Below are positions 1 through 12,394 of a stretch of 64,000 nucleotides of DNA, piece after piece. The stretch lies in assembly GCA_951406725.2 (NCBI GenBank), contig OX597814.1, forward strand, positions 90,520,001-90,584,000, read 5' to 3'. The stretch comes from Octopus vulgaris. Lineage: Eukaryota. A model generated the notes under the pieces. That model saw only the letters and a program-made list of their open reading frames with translations. It was not told where the DNA came from and made no database searches. Numbering within the stretch: position 1 is the first letter of the stretch; each line of letters starts with the position of its first letter. The translations under genes and the position numbers were made by a program.

Positions 1-1560
1 CATAGGTACCTAAAACGATTAACAAAATATAGGACATTTTACCAAGATCTACTCATCCGGGAATGATGAGTGGCTGCACAGTACTTTATACATACATATA
101 CACACAAAATATATGCATCAGTAGTGTGTTTGTGAGTGCTAGAGGGAAAACCGACAATGAATACGATATTGCATTTGTTGCAGCACTTTGCAAAGACACT
201 TCCTTACCACTGCTACCAACAAAGCTGTAAATGATCCGTCCAAAACCTATTACCAAATACACCCCTTTGTTCACAAACTCTGATACAAAGCAAGATAAAA
301 AAAGTAAGGTCGAGAAGTTACAGTGTATTGAATTTATTTGTCAGTTAGATATAGCTAAATGGGTAGACGAATTAACCGAATTTGTGTTTCTGGAAATAGT
401 ACCAACCATTTCATTGGATAAGTGTAATTGCTTTCGATGAATAATATATCAATTGACAATCAAATAAATAGCAATCCTAAATATACTCAACTCTTATGAC
501 CTCAAGTGCATAAATTGACTATAAAACAAATCATGATTATTTAATGATAAACTATGTAGCCTTATAATATGAAAGCTCTAGACTGACGGATACCGTTGTT
601 CGGATATTAAGCTAATATTAGTCTCTTTGAAAGCTTTAGATTTCTGCAAGTAACTCTTAATGCACCGTAATAATGATATTCTATTACAGTCTTAATATGA
701 ATTATCCGTTCAAACATGCTGAATGTATGTGTGCATTTACTATTGTGGATAAATAACAATGATAATTATCATTTGCTCAATGGCAAAAATTATATTTGAT
801 GTCAGTAATGGATTGAATTATGACTGAGGAAACTACACATTGAAATGTATTTAGGTCGGCGCTTTCATATCTCTATTACAGCTTGATACAAAAAGATTAT
901 ACAGCATTCTGATTGTTTATAATAATGTGTTATTTTCCATTTAATTATTAAGGAATATGTATATACTAAATCGATAATAATTAAACTACTATCTTAATAC
1001 ATTTGTCAAGAGCGCTGTAATCCAGCTGAAATTGTTTCAGTCAACAAACATAGCTAACAAAATTATATTACCTCTAGCAACTGAAGTGGATAACAAACTG
1101 AAGATCGAAACCTAAGTTTAGGATGCTTGTGGTACTCTAGTATTTTGCATCAAGTCTTTCCGACCTAACATGTTAAAAAGTCAAACAATAAAGTCTTAAA
1201 GAAATACTAGATTAGGGTTGTTGATAATTATTTAATATATTATACTTTTAATTAGTAAAATAGTATTTTGTCGCAATGTATGTTTAATCGGATATGCTCC
1301 AATGTTAACGAATATTTCATAGAATCAAAATATATCAAAACATGAGAAGAGTCACAATAATATATACAACACTAGACACGTCGGACAGTTCGAAATACCT
1401 GTGGCGCTGAATTCGTGCGCCAGTTTCAAATCTACCGAGAATTTATGGATTGTCATTGGCTCTAGAATTGGATCTTAAAACACCGCATTGTTTGTAGGTT
1501 ATATTAAGGTTTGGCCTTCGACATTTAATATGCTTGAATCCAGAGATATACGGTCTAGAT

Positions 1561-1823
1561 CAGTGGTTCTCAACCGTTTTTTTTGTTTTACATATAGAAC
1601 ACTTTGATTCCTTTTTTAATCAGGTTGAAGCACAGGTAGAAGTCTATGGATGTTAAAACATACATTAATTTTTTAAAATTAAGTATTAGGAATTGTATAA
1701 AAAGAAATTGTTAAAATATTATGTATTGCAGAATCACAAGTAAATTCTAACATAAATTCTAACAACGAAATCTTATATGGACGCCCACCCAAGTGCAATG
1801 TGGACCTCGGTTGGGAATCACTG
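1561..1823. mobile_element. hAT (Charlie-like) MITE
   Basis: TIRs cagtggttctcaacc (1561) / ggttgggaatcactg (1809-1823); 8-bp flanks gtctagat / gtttagaa match 6/8 and resemble the NTCTAGAN Charlie target; no coding capacity. Confidence 0.8.
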
Positions 1824-2515
1824 GTTTAGAAGATATATAAAAAAGTTATCACATCAGCAACGGAAACGGTGACACTCATCGGTAACATGTCAAGTAGAAA
1901 ACCCACCTCTCATATAATTCACTTTGACCTTCGTAGTCATTGAGCAACAACTTTGATATTCGTTTGCGTGGTCAGTTGATCTAAAAAAGAGTAACGTCTA
2001 ATCTTGCTTAAATCACACTTGATAATCTAAACCATGACTTATTAGATAATGTGCAATTGGGTCTCCTGAACATAGAAAATCACGGAGTAGGTATGGCTGA
2101 AATATATATTTTCTGCTATAGAGCCGACCTGTGGTTAAGCAAAAGCAATAGCAACTTCATACATATCTTGCTTCCGTTGGACAACCCACTGTCTCTTATT
2201 ACAAACCCATTGACACACGCTCAGTCATGGGTAATATATCACCTCTTCATGCTACTAGTAAATTAGGCAAAGTTTCATTTGTAGATAATGTTACGGACGA
2301 GTTAATCTGCAGATTTACATATGTTTGTTACTACATTAAATGCTAACTCTGAATTTGCTCCAAATTTCGGAAACTATTCGCAGTTTCACGGATCATTTAA
2401 AGGATCTGTTCCTTCAAGTACGAAACAACAAAGCCATTCATACTTGTGCCACTCCAATATACTTTTCTGTGACACACTCAACAGTATTTCGCTAGCTTGA
2501 GTCTTATTCAACATC

Positions 2516-3940
2516 ATGGTTTTTATGTTCCTTGGCTTCATTGCAAACAGGTATGTACCTTCATTTAAGCCCTGGGTGACGAAGAAGGTTAAACGAGAAC
2601 GTCGACTCAGAGATATTGCTTGGGCAGAATTCAAAAATCTGGATTCGACTGCAGCTTTTGAGGTGTACAAAACTCAACGAGACCGAGCCGTGAAAATTGA
2701 AAAGAAAGAACGCTTCAGTTATGAATACAAAATCGCGGCAAATGCCAGTAGCAATCCAAAAACCTTCTTTGCCCATGTCCAGCGGAATTCCCGCTTGAAC
2801 AACCAGATTGCAACGTTGGTAGACTCAACAGGCGTATCGATTGAGGACCCTTATCAACAGAGTCAGTTATTTGCCGAGGCTTTTTCAACTATTTTCAAAC
2901 AAGATGATGGTCGTGAACCCCCTCCATTTGATAGATCGGTACCTCCAATGCTTCGATTGATCATCACGCGGGACCAAATCAAACGTGTTATTCAAGGCCT
3001 CGATGTCAACAAGGGTCACGGCCCTGACGGCATACACCCACGGGTTATCAAAGCGTTGGCTCCGGTCATCTGCGAGCCCTTAACACGACTATTCAATATG
3101 TCATTGGCGACGGGTGTTATACCTGCAGACTGGAGAACAGCGATAATCTGCCCAATTTTCAAGAAAGGGAGCCGCGAAGACCCGCTTAAGTACCGACCGG
3201 TTTCCCTTACATCAATAATCAGCAAGATGTTCGAAACCATCCTTAAGAAAAGTATGATGCTCCACCTCCTAAACACAGCCTCGATCACTGATTCCCAACA
3301 CGGCTTCGTGCCGAAGAGATCATGCTTGACCAACTTACTAGTAATGGAAGAATTGGTGACGCGCATCCTCGATGATAGTGATGCTGTTGACATCGTTTTA
3401 TTGGACTTTGCCAAAGCTTTTGACTCGGTAAACCACCGCCTACTACTTGTCAAGCTTCAAGCATATAGTTTCCATCCGGATATTGTACGATGGGTTGGTG
3501 CCTTCCTCTCAGATCGCTCCTTCCAAGTTCAAGTTAATGGTTCGCGGTCCGACGTCTCCAGTGCGAGCAGTGGCGTGCCTCAAGGTTCAGTGCTTGGGCC
3601 CTTGTTGTTCTTAGTCTTCATAAATGACTTGCCCGACGACCTCACGCAACACACCCTTCTATTTGCCGACGATATCAAACTGGTCGCTCCTCGCGGTAGT
3701 ATAGAGGATCTTCGTCGATGCCTCCACCAAATTTGGAAGTGGTCTAACGATTGGGACCTGTGTCTGAACGTGTCAAAGTGCTGTCATCTGCCTGTCGGCT
3801 CTACTCCTGCAACTCAACTTGATTTCGAGCCGGGTCGTCTGCTGCTGGAGAGGACCGATCAGGTAAAGGACCTGGGTATCTTGGTGGATTCCTCCTTTTC
3901 GCCTTCGGCCCAGTGCGTCCATGCTGCCAACAAAGCATGA
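2516..3940 (+). CDS. 474-aa ORF containing the CR1-type reverse transcriptase domain; the first ~18 codons probably come from host flank
   Basis: Uninterrupted ORF with all RT motifs; ends at a frameshifting small deletion near 3935 (AANKA / MIRRSF); the C-terminus continues in another frame to 4446; no endonuclease domain. Confidence 0.7.
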   Translation: MVFMFLGFIANRYVPSFKPWVTKKVKRERRLRDIAWAEFKNLDSTAAFEVYKTQRDRAVKIEKKERFSYEYKIAANASSNPKTFFAHVQRNSRLNNQIATLVDSTGVSIEDPYQQSQLFAEAFSTIFKQDDGREPPPFDRSVPPMLRLIITRDQIKRVIQGLDVNKGHGPDGIHPRVIKALAPVICEPLTRLFNMSLATGVIPADWRTAIICPIFKKGSREDPLKYRPVSLTSIISKMFETILKKSMMLHLLNTASITDSQHGFVPKRSCLTNLLVMEELVTRILDDSDAVDIVLLDFAKAFDSVNHRLLLVKLQAYSFHPDIVRWVGAFLSDRSFQVQVNGSRSDVSSASSGVPQGSVLGPLLFLVFINDLPDDLTQHTLLFADDIKLVAPRGSIEDLRRCLHQIWKWSNDWDLCLNVSKCCHLPVGSTPATQLDFEPGRLLLERTDQVKDLGILVDSSFSPSAQCVHAANKA

Positions 3941-4530
3941 TTCGGCGGTCATTCGGAATGCTCACAGCAGCCATATTCCTGCCACTCTATGTCACGCTGG
4001 TGAGACCCATATTGGAGTATGGGATTCAAGCCTCTTCTCCTTATCTCCTCAAAGACATACAGCACCTCGAAAGAGTCCAGAGGCTGTCTACCCGCATGGT
4101 TCATGGTCTCAAAAATTTGTCCTACGAAGAAAGGCTGAGGACGCTCGACCTTTATTCTCTTGAAAAACGCCGCCGCCGTGGTGATCTCATTCTCGCCCAC
4201 AACATCATAAGCGGGAAGTGTAACCTCTCGAAAGAGCTGTTCTTCACTCCTGCTCCGGAGCGTCGGCTGCGGGGTCATTCCGAAAAGCTCTACCTGCGAC
4301 GATTTCATCTCAATCGAAGGAGAGGAGCTTTCTCCGTCCGGGTTGCGGATCCGTGGAACAAGCTGCCAGACGAGATGGTGAAGATGCCGACGACCGCTTT
4401 GTTCAAAGCCTCCCTGGACCTCAAGTGGCCTGAACTCTTTACATGAACACCACCCTGTACTTAACTCCATGTCCCCCTACATGGCCTTGCTATTTGCTTT
4501 TGAGCCAAATTAACTAACTAACTAACTAAC
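2570..4530 (+). mobile_element. 5'-truncated CR1-group LINE (RT plus C-terminal domain, 3' UTR, (TAAC)n tail)
   Basis: Motifs GPDGIHP, YRPVSLTS, QHGF, LDFAKAFDSV, GVPQGSVLGPLLF, FADD, KDLGI, LVRPILEY, RRRRGDLI; (TAAC)n tail 4510-4530; possible TSD ttaag at 2565-2569 and 4531-4535; visibly more GC-rich than flanks. Confidence 0.95.
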
Positions 4531-4829
4531 TTAAGTGCGTAATTAATCACACCGTCCTAAATGTTTGACAGGTATTTCTCTGAAATATACAGATTCTCAT
4601 ACAATTCCACACAAAAAATATTTCATTTGCATTGTATTTTCATCGATACAATGCTTACAAACATAGCTGTCCGTTTTTGCTACATATCCAACTGGTGTTC
4701 GCACGCGCACGTTAATGCTTCATACATAGAACCTTCTTTTTTCATCTATCACCCGTACATATTCTCCATCTATGAAAGCTTGCATAGAAACTGCCCAGCA
4801 AACATCTTGCAACATCTCAATTCATTATA

Positions 4830-5706
4830 CGAGGGTTGGTTGAAACGTTTATAGGCTAACGATGATACTCTCATGGAATGTGACCAAATTAGGATTATTT
4901 TAAAATTCAATGCCCTTTGCGATCCACACAATTCTTCCATCAGTGTTGCAAAGCTTGAATCCAATTAGTGATGAAGCTTTTGTCCCTTGGTCGTAAAAGC
5001 CATCAACAGCAGATCTGTCATCATCGCTGCGATACTGGTTGCTAGTCAAGTGTGTTTTGAAATAAGGAGAATAAGGAGGCTGATGAAACAGTTCAAACCT
5101 ACAGACAGGCATAGCAGCGGTTGAAACCAAGGAGTTGTGTGCTGGAGTGTTGTCTTGAGGAAACAAGACCCGCTTGTCATTTTTCCTGATTTTTTTGTTC
5201 CTGATACGCTTTCCTAATGTTTTCAGCAAATTAACGTGGCTTTTTCCAATGATGGTGTAGTCCATTTGAAGTTTTATAACCAATTGCCTGTCATCCATCG
5301 CCATCTAGTGAACACGGTCAATGTTTTCTGTGATGTTGGCAATTGGAGGACCTCCAGACCTTAGGTCATCTTAAATACTCTCACTTTCCCTCTTAAAATT
5401 TTGCACTGTTGATAACATTACAGCGTTCTCCCTTGATGTAGCAGCCGTGTCAGCCTAAATGTCCTTCGGGGCTAAGCCTTTTTTCTGCAGGTATTTCGTA
5501 ACACCACGATGAGAAATTTTGTCCATTTTTAAGAGACGTCACTATTAGTTAGTTTGGAAGTCTCGTTTGGACAGTTAAATATGAGTTTACATGGAAAGAA
5601 ATAATGCAGTTATCAGTAAGAAGCGTTGAAATTAATGCATGCAGGATTTCACAGCAATAGCCTGTCATCTTTATCGTCCGTCAATGAACTTTTCAGCCCA
5701 CCATTG
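4830..5706 (-). mobile_element. Internally deleted, decayed mariner transposon
   Basis: TA-flanked diverged TIRs (ta-cgagggttggttgaaacgtt ... aacttttcagcccaccattg-ta); minus-strand transposase remnants MDKISHRGVTKYLQKKG (ATG 5526), QDNTPAH, HQPPYSP. Confidence 0.9.
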
Positions 5707-6017
5707 TAGACATATGAAACACCCACACAAAGAAATATGTAGGCTTCCCTTCACCTATCTAATACTCTCACACTATTTGTCACAATTACTTCATTAAGTC
5801 ATAATTTTCCCACTATAGCATTTTCAACCATTAATCAAAGAAAAACATTTTACCTTTGGATTTTATGTTTCCATTTGCTTTCTTGTCGTTCTGCTCTGTT
5901 GACAAAATGCCGTACTTCGAAATGTCAACCTTCACTTTCCCTAACCTTCTTACTGATATACAGTTAATACCTTGATTTTGTACTATACACGTTCTCTGTT
6001 GTGAAATATATTTGCTC

Positions 6018-6152
6018 ATGTCTATGTATGTATGTATGTATGTATGTATGTATGTATGTATGTATGTATGTATGTATGTATGCAAGCATGTATGTATGCA
6101 TGCATGTATGTATGTATGTAAGTATGCATGTATGTATGTATGCATGTATGTA
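6018..6152. repeat. (TATG)n microsatellite
   Basis: Tandem tetranucleotide seen directly. Confidence 0.95.
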
Positions 6153-6257
6153 TATTCAGAGTTACTTTCTCCTAGATAGACTGCCTTCTCCATGGCTTGG
6201 GTAAACAGAGGACCTCTATCCACCCTTCATCTTTTTATAAATAAAAAAAATTTAAAT

Positions 6258-8150
6258 ATTGACGAATGTTATTCAGAGGGTTGGCAAAGTGAAGAGGATC
6301 CTCCACATTGGCGTGATGCAACTATGGAGATACTATATAAATCTAAATGTGGAAAGGATGTCTGTGATAATTATCGCGGCATCTGTCTGTTAGCTTTTGC
6401 TGGAAAGGTCCTCTGTAGAGTAATGCTGGATAGATTGTTTCTGCACATTGCTGATAAGGTTCTACCAGAATTGCAATGTTGGTTTAGCGATAGTACTATG
6501 GATATGATAGTTTAAGCTAGACAGTTGCAAGAGAAGTGTATCGAACAGAATATGGACTTATACCAGGTTTTCATTGACCAAACAAAAGCGTTTGATTCTA
6601 TCAAAAGAATTGCACTTTGAGAGATCCTAAAAAAGATAGGATGCCCTGAAAAGTTTGTGAGAATTCTTAGACAATTTCATGACAAGATGAAAGTGAGAGT
6701 TAATGTTGACGGTGCCTTATCAGATCCAGTTTCTGTAGAAAATGGTGTAAAGCAAGGTTATATTCCTGCTCCTACACTGTTTGCTATATATCTTGCAATA
6801 GGCTTTCAAATAGTTTCAAAAGATTGCCCTAACGGGGTCTATATAACATATAGGACAACAGGAAAGCTGTTCAATCTCAAAAGACTCTGTGCCAAAACTG
6901 AAGATCTACATTCTTACTTTGTTGAGTTTCTGTGTGTAGATGATTGTGACATGTTGGCACATTCTCAGAAAGATATGCAGCACATGGTGAATGCGATTTC
7001 TGAAGCATGTGCAGCATTGGGTCTAACAATCAATCTAAAAAAACTGTTATAATGTACCAGCCCGCTCCCCACAAGATGTATGCGGAACCTTTTATAAATG
7101 TGAATGGTCAAAGGTTGGAGATTGTATCTAGATTTATGCATTTAGGAAGTACCTTGAGCACCGCTGGTCTTCATGATGAAATTTCATACAGTGCTTGTAG
7201 TGGTTTTAGTAGGCTTGATAGGCGTCTGTGGAAACAACATAATATATCTTCATAAACTAAAATTAAATATATATAACACATGCGTACTCCTGACTTTGCT
7301 ATATGGAAGTGAGGCATGGGTTGTTTACCGTAGGCAGGTAAGGCAATTGGTACAATTTCATCAATACTGTCTGAGAAAAATTTGGGGGATAAACTGGAAA
7401 ATGGCCATTAGCAATGTTGAGGTGCTTGAGAGGAGTGGCAGTAAAAGTATAGAGCCAACAATTTTGCAAAGACGTTTGAAGTGGGAGGGAGAACATTTGG
7501 TAAGGATGGGTGATGAGCGACTACTCAAGCAGCTATTATATGGTGAGCTGGAGATGGCAGGAGACCAGCGCATAAGCCTAAACTAAGGTTTAGGGATTGC
7601 CTTAAAAATGCTCTAATACAGAGAGGAATTGCAGCTGGTAATTGGGAGAGGGAGACACAAGACTGTAATAAATGGAGGAAGATAGTGCATGATGGTTTTC
7701 AAAGTTTGAGAGGGAGGAGGTGAAGTATGAGAGAATTAGGAGGGAGCTTAGGAGGGGGAACCCGTGGAAAGTGAGAGTGTTGCTTTTTATGGGTGGTTTG
7801 TGGGCGGAGACGTTTGAGTCGTGCAGGCCTGGTGAGCCATCGAAATTCTCATAGAAATCGGCCCATGATAAACAATGATGTGGCTACAAAAGTTCATAAC
7901 AGAACGTGTGCAAAATGTGGAAGTGTGTGCCTCTCAGTTGGAAGTTTAAAAAGACATGTTATGAGAGTGCATATGGTGGCACCTGAATCTCCTGCCAGCC
8001 AGCACAGTTGTCTAGTATGTAATACAATGTGTAAAAGCTTGACCGGGCTCAAAAGTCATATAAGGACATCACATGGCACCAACCATGAATCATTTCAGTA
8101 AGTCTTCCTGCAATGGCTTTTATTGTGTAACGAGGATGCAGCTGTGATGT
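6258..8150 (+). mobile_element. Decayed 5'-truncated RTE (BovB-like) LINE with C-terminal C2H2 fingers
   Basis: WRDA..ILYK, DNYRGICLL..AGKVL, KAFDSI, NGVKQGYIPAPTLF, VDDCD, LLYGSEAW, HLVRMGDERLLKQLLYGEL; several stops and frameshifts; three CxxC...HxxxH-type motifs in 7793-8101; (TA)-rich tail. Confidence 0.92.
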
Positions 8151-9342
8151 ATATATATATATCTATATATATATATAAATATATACGTGTACACACATAT
8201 ATACTATATCTCTGTGCAATCTATCAATCATCGCTCTGCAAGTAATAACATACATACATCCATCATATTACATTCTTCGGTATAAAAATAAACATTATAC
8301 TCCAGTTTAGCAAACATTCAATAATAAGTAGTATGTTACTAACAATGTTACATGAAAAATACATCGAAAATACATTTGATAGACACTGATGACTGTCTAA
8401 GATTCACCAAGTCATCTTTAGATCTCTGCAATGTCAGTGATTTATTCTATTATTAAATTGGCTTATCTGCAGTATTTCCCCGTTTGCCTGCTGAAATATC
8501 CTTTTCTGAAAATACCAAAACATTTTGTGGAATATAATATATCCGGACTAAAACTACATATGCTGTTTAATAGAAAAACAGAACGAATGTTATTGCACTA
8601 TTTATATCATATTCATATGAACCTCTTTAACTGATTATTGTGCAGTAATGTATATCTCGATAACCTTAAGGTATTTGATGATATATGTAAATATCTCTAT
8701 CGCTGCTGATTTTTCTAGTAATTTAATTCTCATGATTGAAGATTTCTGTCGTAAAATTTGTTTAAATGTTTTCTGATTCATTCAAGCGTTATATATAACC
8801 GCTCGATATGTTGAAATACTCCATTACATTAATAATATTGAAACGAATGTTTGTTGACTCACAAGTCAAAATACTTCTTTGAGTCAATTTCTTTTTCTGT
8901 TTTCCTTTTGCTTCTCCGGTTATAAGTTCTTCCAGAATCTTTTTCGTTCGCTAGAATTTCAATCTTGTTTAATCATTTAGCCTGGCTTATTAAGTAATTC
9001 TCTAGCAGTGCTATGGCTGCTTTTCTTTATTATTTTTCATTATATTCAAATTTTGCTTTTGCGTATTAGTTGAGTCAATACATAATAAATACACATTAGT
9101 TAATGAGAGATAAATATGTTTTAAGAAAAAAATATCTAAAAATAAAATTTATCGGAGAATCACTGCAGTATATGGGTTAAGTTGTAAGACGTTTCATATA
9201 GTGTCTGCAGATGTACGACTAAGATACACAATAGCTTAGTTCAAATAGTTGGTAATTAAAATATGTTAAACTCTTCCTATGTCTCCTTAATTGGATTATA
9301 TCCTACTTTCCACAAGATAAATTATTGCATGGATGTAAGTAT

Positions 9343-9507
9343 TTAAGGAGTGGAACGTACAATTTCCTGTAAGCTAGACTGCTTCATGGTCCAAGTAAAC
9401 AAAATGGAAGAAGCGTTGACCCGGAGGATGGCGAGGGAGATGCGCTGGAACAGCCATTCTGACTCCTGAGGCTCGCACATGCGGACGGCCATCTCCATCC
9501 CGATACC
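9343..9507 (-). mobile_element. 3'-terminal fragment of a CRE-like RLE non-LTR retrotransposon
   Basis: GC-rich patch translating EPQESEWLFQRISLAILRVNASSIL, matching the C-terminal FQRLSxAxxRGNA motif of CRE-clade elements. Confidence 0.7.
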
Positions 9508-12289
9508 AATATGTATATATATATATATATATAAATTTGTATGTGTGTGTGTATCTCTGTGTGTGTATGTGTGTGTGTGCATGTATATAAGCAAAAGCCT
9601 TTAGAATATCATCATCCTTAAACAACTTCGGCCAGTACATCTGTTGATTCTTGAACTTATAATTTATTACATTCAATCCAGATATAGAACGTAATAATTC
9701 CTCTGATTAAAGTATATAATAAAAATCAGTTCCTATAATTTTAAATATGTCTAGTAGAAATATAAATTTCATGACCCTCTTTCTCTAATGCCAGGTAATT
9801 GTTTAGAATATTGGTGCTAAGTATAGTATAGTTAGCCATCAGCAAAACCGTTTAAGGCTTGATAACGTGTCATGCATTTACTAACATTCTTAGGCGACTG
9901 TATTGTCGTCAGCGAACATAGATAGCCATTCACTCCAGTTCCCTTGACCTAGGAGCATTGAGGATGTGACATCCCTGGGAACGAAGTTTGAACTAGCATA
10001 TGCCTTGTACTCATTACCAATGTGCATATTGGAGCAAAGTGAATAGAAGTTCGTTGCTCAAGATACAACACGCACAGGGATCCAGAAATTGAGCCGACGA
10101 ATGACGTTATGATCAAGAACATTATCTACTAGTTGATGTGCCATTATTTCAGGTGCGTTAATGCCAAACTCGGAATGGCAAACAATTTTGTTGCATTTGG
10201 TTAAGTCCTGATTACTACAACAGTAAACTTAGCATTTCATTTTTCTGACGCCAATATAATAAGCAAACTTACGTCATAGGAGAAATTAAACTGATTACAT
10301 CACATACCTAAGTTGTAACCTAGTCTGATCATATTAGGAATGTATATTAAAAATTTAATTGCAACATAAGTGTTTATGATTATACATTCTCGTAGCCATT
10401 ATGAAATTTATAACATTGAATGTCTATTGGAAAATTCACCTGTCACTATAACCCTCTTATAGATTATAAACGCTATGTATGTACACGTTTCAAGCTTGGC
10501 ACCGGGTTAAGCGTATGGCAACACAAAAACAATTTGTGTGAAGTGGTCAACTTAATTTGTATTATATTTCAATTTAGTGCAATTCAATTGAACAAGGAGA
10601 AATCATCACGAAATTTTCAATAATACTGTACACATCAAACAGGCGGTAATTCTTTATACAAATATCATTATTTATCATTAATAAATTATAATAATCATAT
10701 CTAATTTTGTTAGATAGCCTCACATTTTCGAAATAGAGTGTTGTTGATTTGATCTAGTAAAATAATTGGTGATATTTATTTTATCGATATCTGAAGAATG
10801 ATTCACAGAGGTTAAAGACAGAAATTAAAATGAGATATATCTATATGTTGGTCGCATATTGTTTGTCTGGCTCACTATAGTTTCCGTGACTCGAATGTTA
10901 ACATAGTCTAGTTTCGTTTCTCGACTAATAAAGCTCAACTTGCGTAGACATATAGTCAAAGATATTTTGGGTGTTTTACATTTGTGTATCAACAAATACA
11001 TTGGCGCAGGCATAGCTTTGAGGCTAAAAACCTCGCTTTGCAGGAAGTTTCAGGTTCAATGCCATACCGAACATTGCCGTGTGAGCGAATTTAATAGATG
11101 GAAGCATAGTGAAAGCCAGCCGTATCTCTCATATCGGGTAGAAAAAGTACCAAATTTAAAAATTAAGTTCTACTGTTAAATAGCATGGTTTAACCTTTCA
11201 AGTCAGTATCCAAGCATTCTCGGAGTGAAATGAGTGAAACAAATAAAAGATAGAAAATAAATACATTCTTCAAATTATTTTAAACTTTCAGTATTCTGGT
11301 ATTTCTAGCACATCGAATTGTTTCACAGATTTCCCTTCGTTCATATTAGAGAGGTACATTGAGGGAATGCACATTACCTTGTGGTTAGTTTGTTTAGTTT
11401 GCTATCATAGACAAACAGATTTAGTTGTTAGATGGGCGACTGATGGCGTCGTTGGGAAGGACATTTCATTTCACGTTACCAGTATGTTGCTGGTGCAGTC
11501 CTCACTTCTAACTGTTATATCCTTGGTGCGCAGTTGGGGCAAGGGTGAGACAGCCAAATATTTGTTAAAACCTGCTTGCAAATACAACGATATCAAATGA
11601 AATAGCGAAAACATGGAACACACTGCCAACTCTTACTCGCTTGCAAGTGACGCCTGGCTGAGTAGTTTTAGTGAAAATGACCCCATTCCATATTTGAAAA
11701 CAAATATTTGTCTGGAGCAGCATAACTGACCTGTAAATAACTGATTTTAAAATAATTACAGCATGAAAAATGCATTAACCATTCAAAAACACACAATGAC
11801 TATTAACTTCATTTAAACATTTATTATTGGGTACAATGAAGATTTTGAAACAAAATAATTTTGAAATGGAAGTCAACAGTATTTGTGTGTTTCTGTATGG
11901 CTAACTTGTGTTTTCCACAATATAATTGTCTACCTCTCAACACATACTCTCAAATAAGTTGCCTGGGAAGTAATCCTCCTGAATTGTCTGATTATTCGCG
12001 CAGAAACTGATGAATGGTTGAGAAGAGCGTATCGGTATCATGGTATACTCGGATACATCTCAGAGAATGGCAACATGACCAAAAGAAATTTACGACTAAT
12101 GAAATTGAGAAGAAAATGTGTAGAAAGTATTCTGTCAGGTTGATAGTATATATAACCGTATGGTCCACACTGATTCTGCCTGAAAATTACATTTAGAGTA
12201 AACTTGGATGTGAAATACGCCACCATTTACAAGTTAATTTAAATAGCAATTAGTTTATCATCCTCGAAGCCGATAGAAGATCGTTCCTT

Positions 12290-12362
12290 CTCGTCGTTGT
12301 CGTCGTTGTCGTCGTCGTCGCGGCTGTCGTTGCCGAAATCATCATCATCATCATCATCATCA

Positions 12363-12394
<32 letters not shown>
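12290..12394. repeat. Compound (TCG)n/(TCA)n trinucleotide repeat (poly-Asp on the minus strand)
   Basis: Seen directly; lies within minus-strand ORF 12239-12499. Confidence 0.9.

Noticed and set aside
86-440. Short ORFs and a minus-strand polypyrimidine/CAG acceptor near 280
   Set aside because: No recognisable protein motif and no clear partner splice site; cannot be supported
3016-4470. Antisense ORFs over the CR1 element
   Set aside because: Shadow ORFs of a GC-rich coding strand
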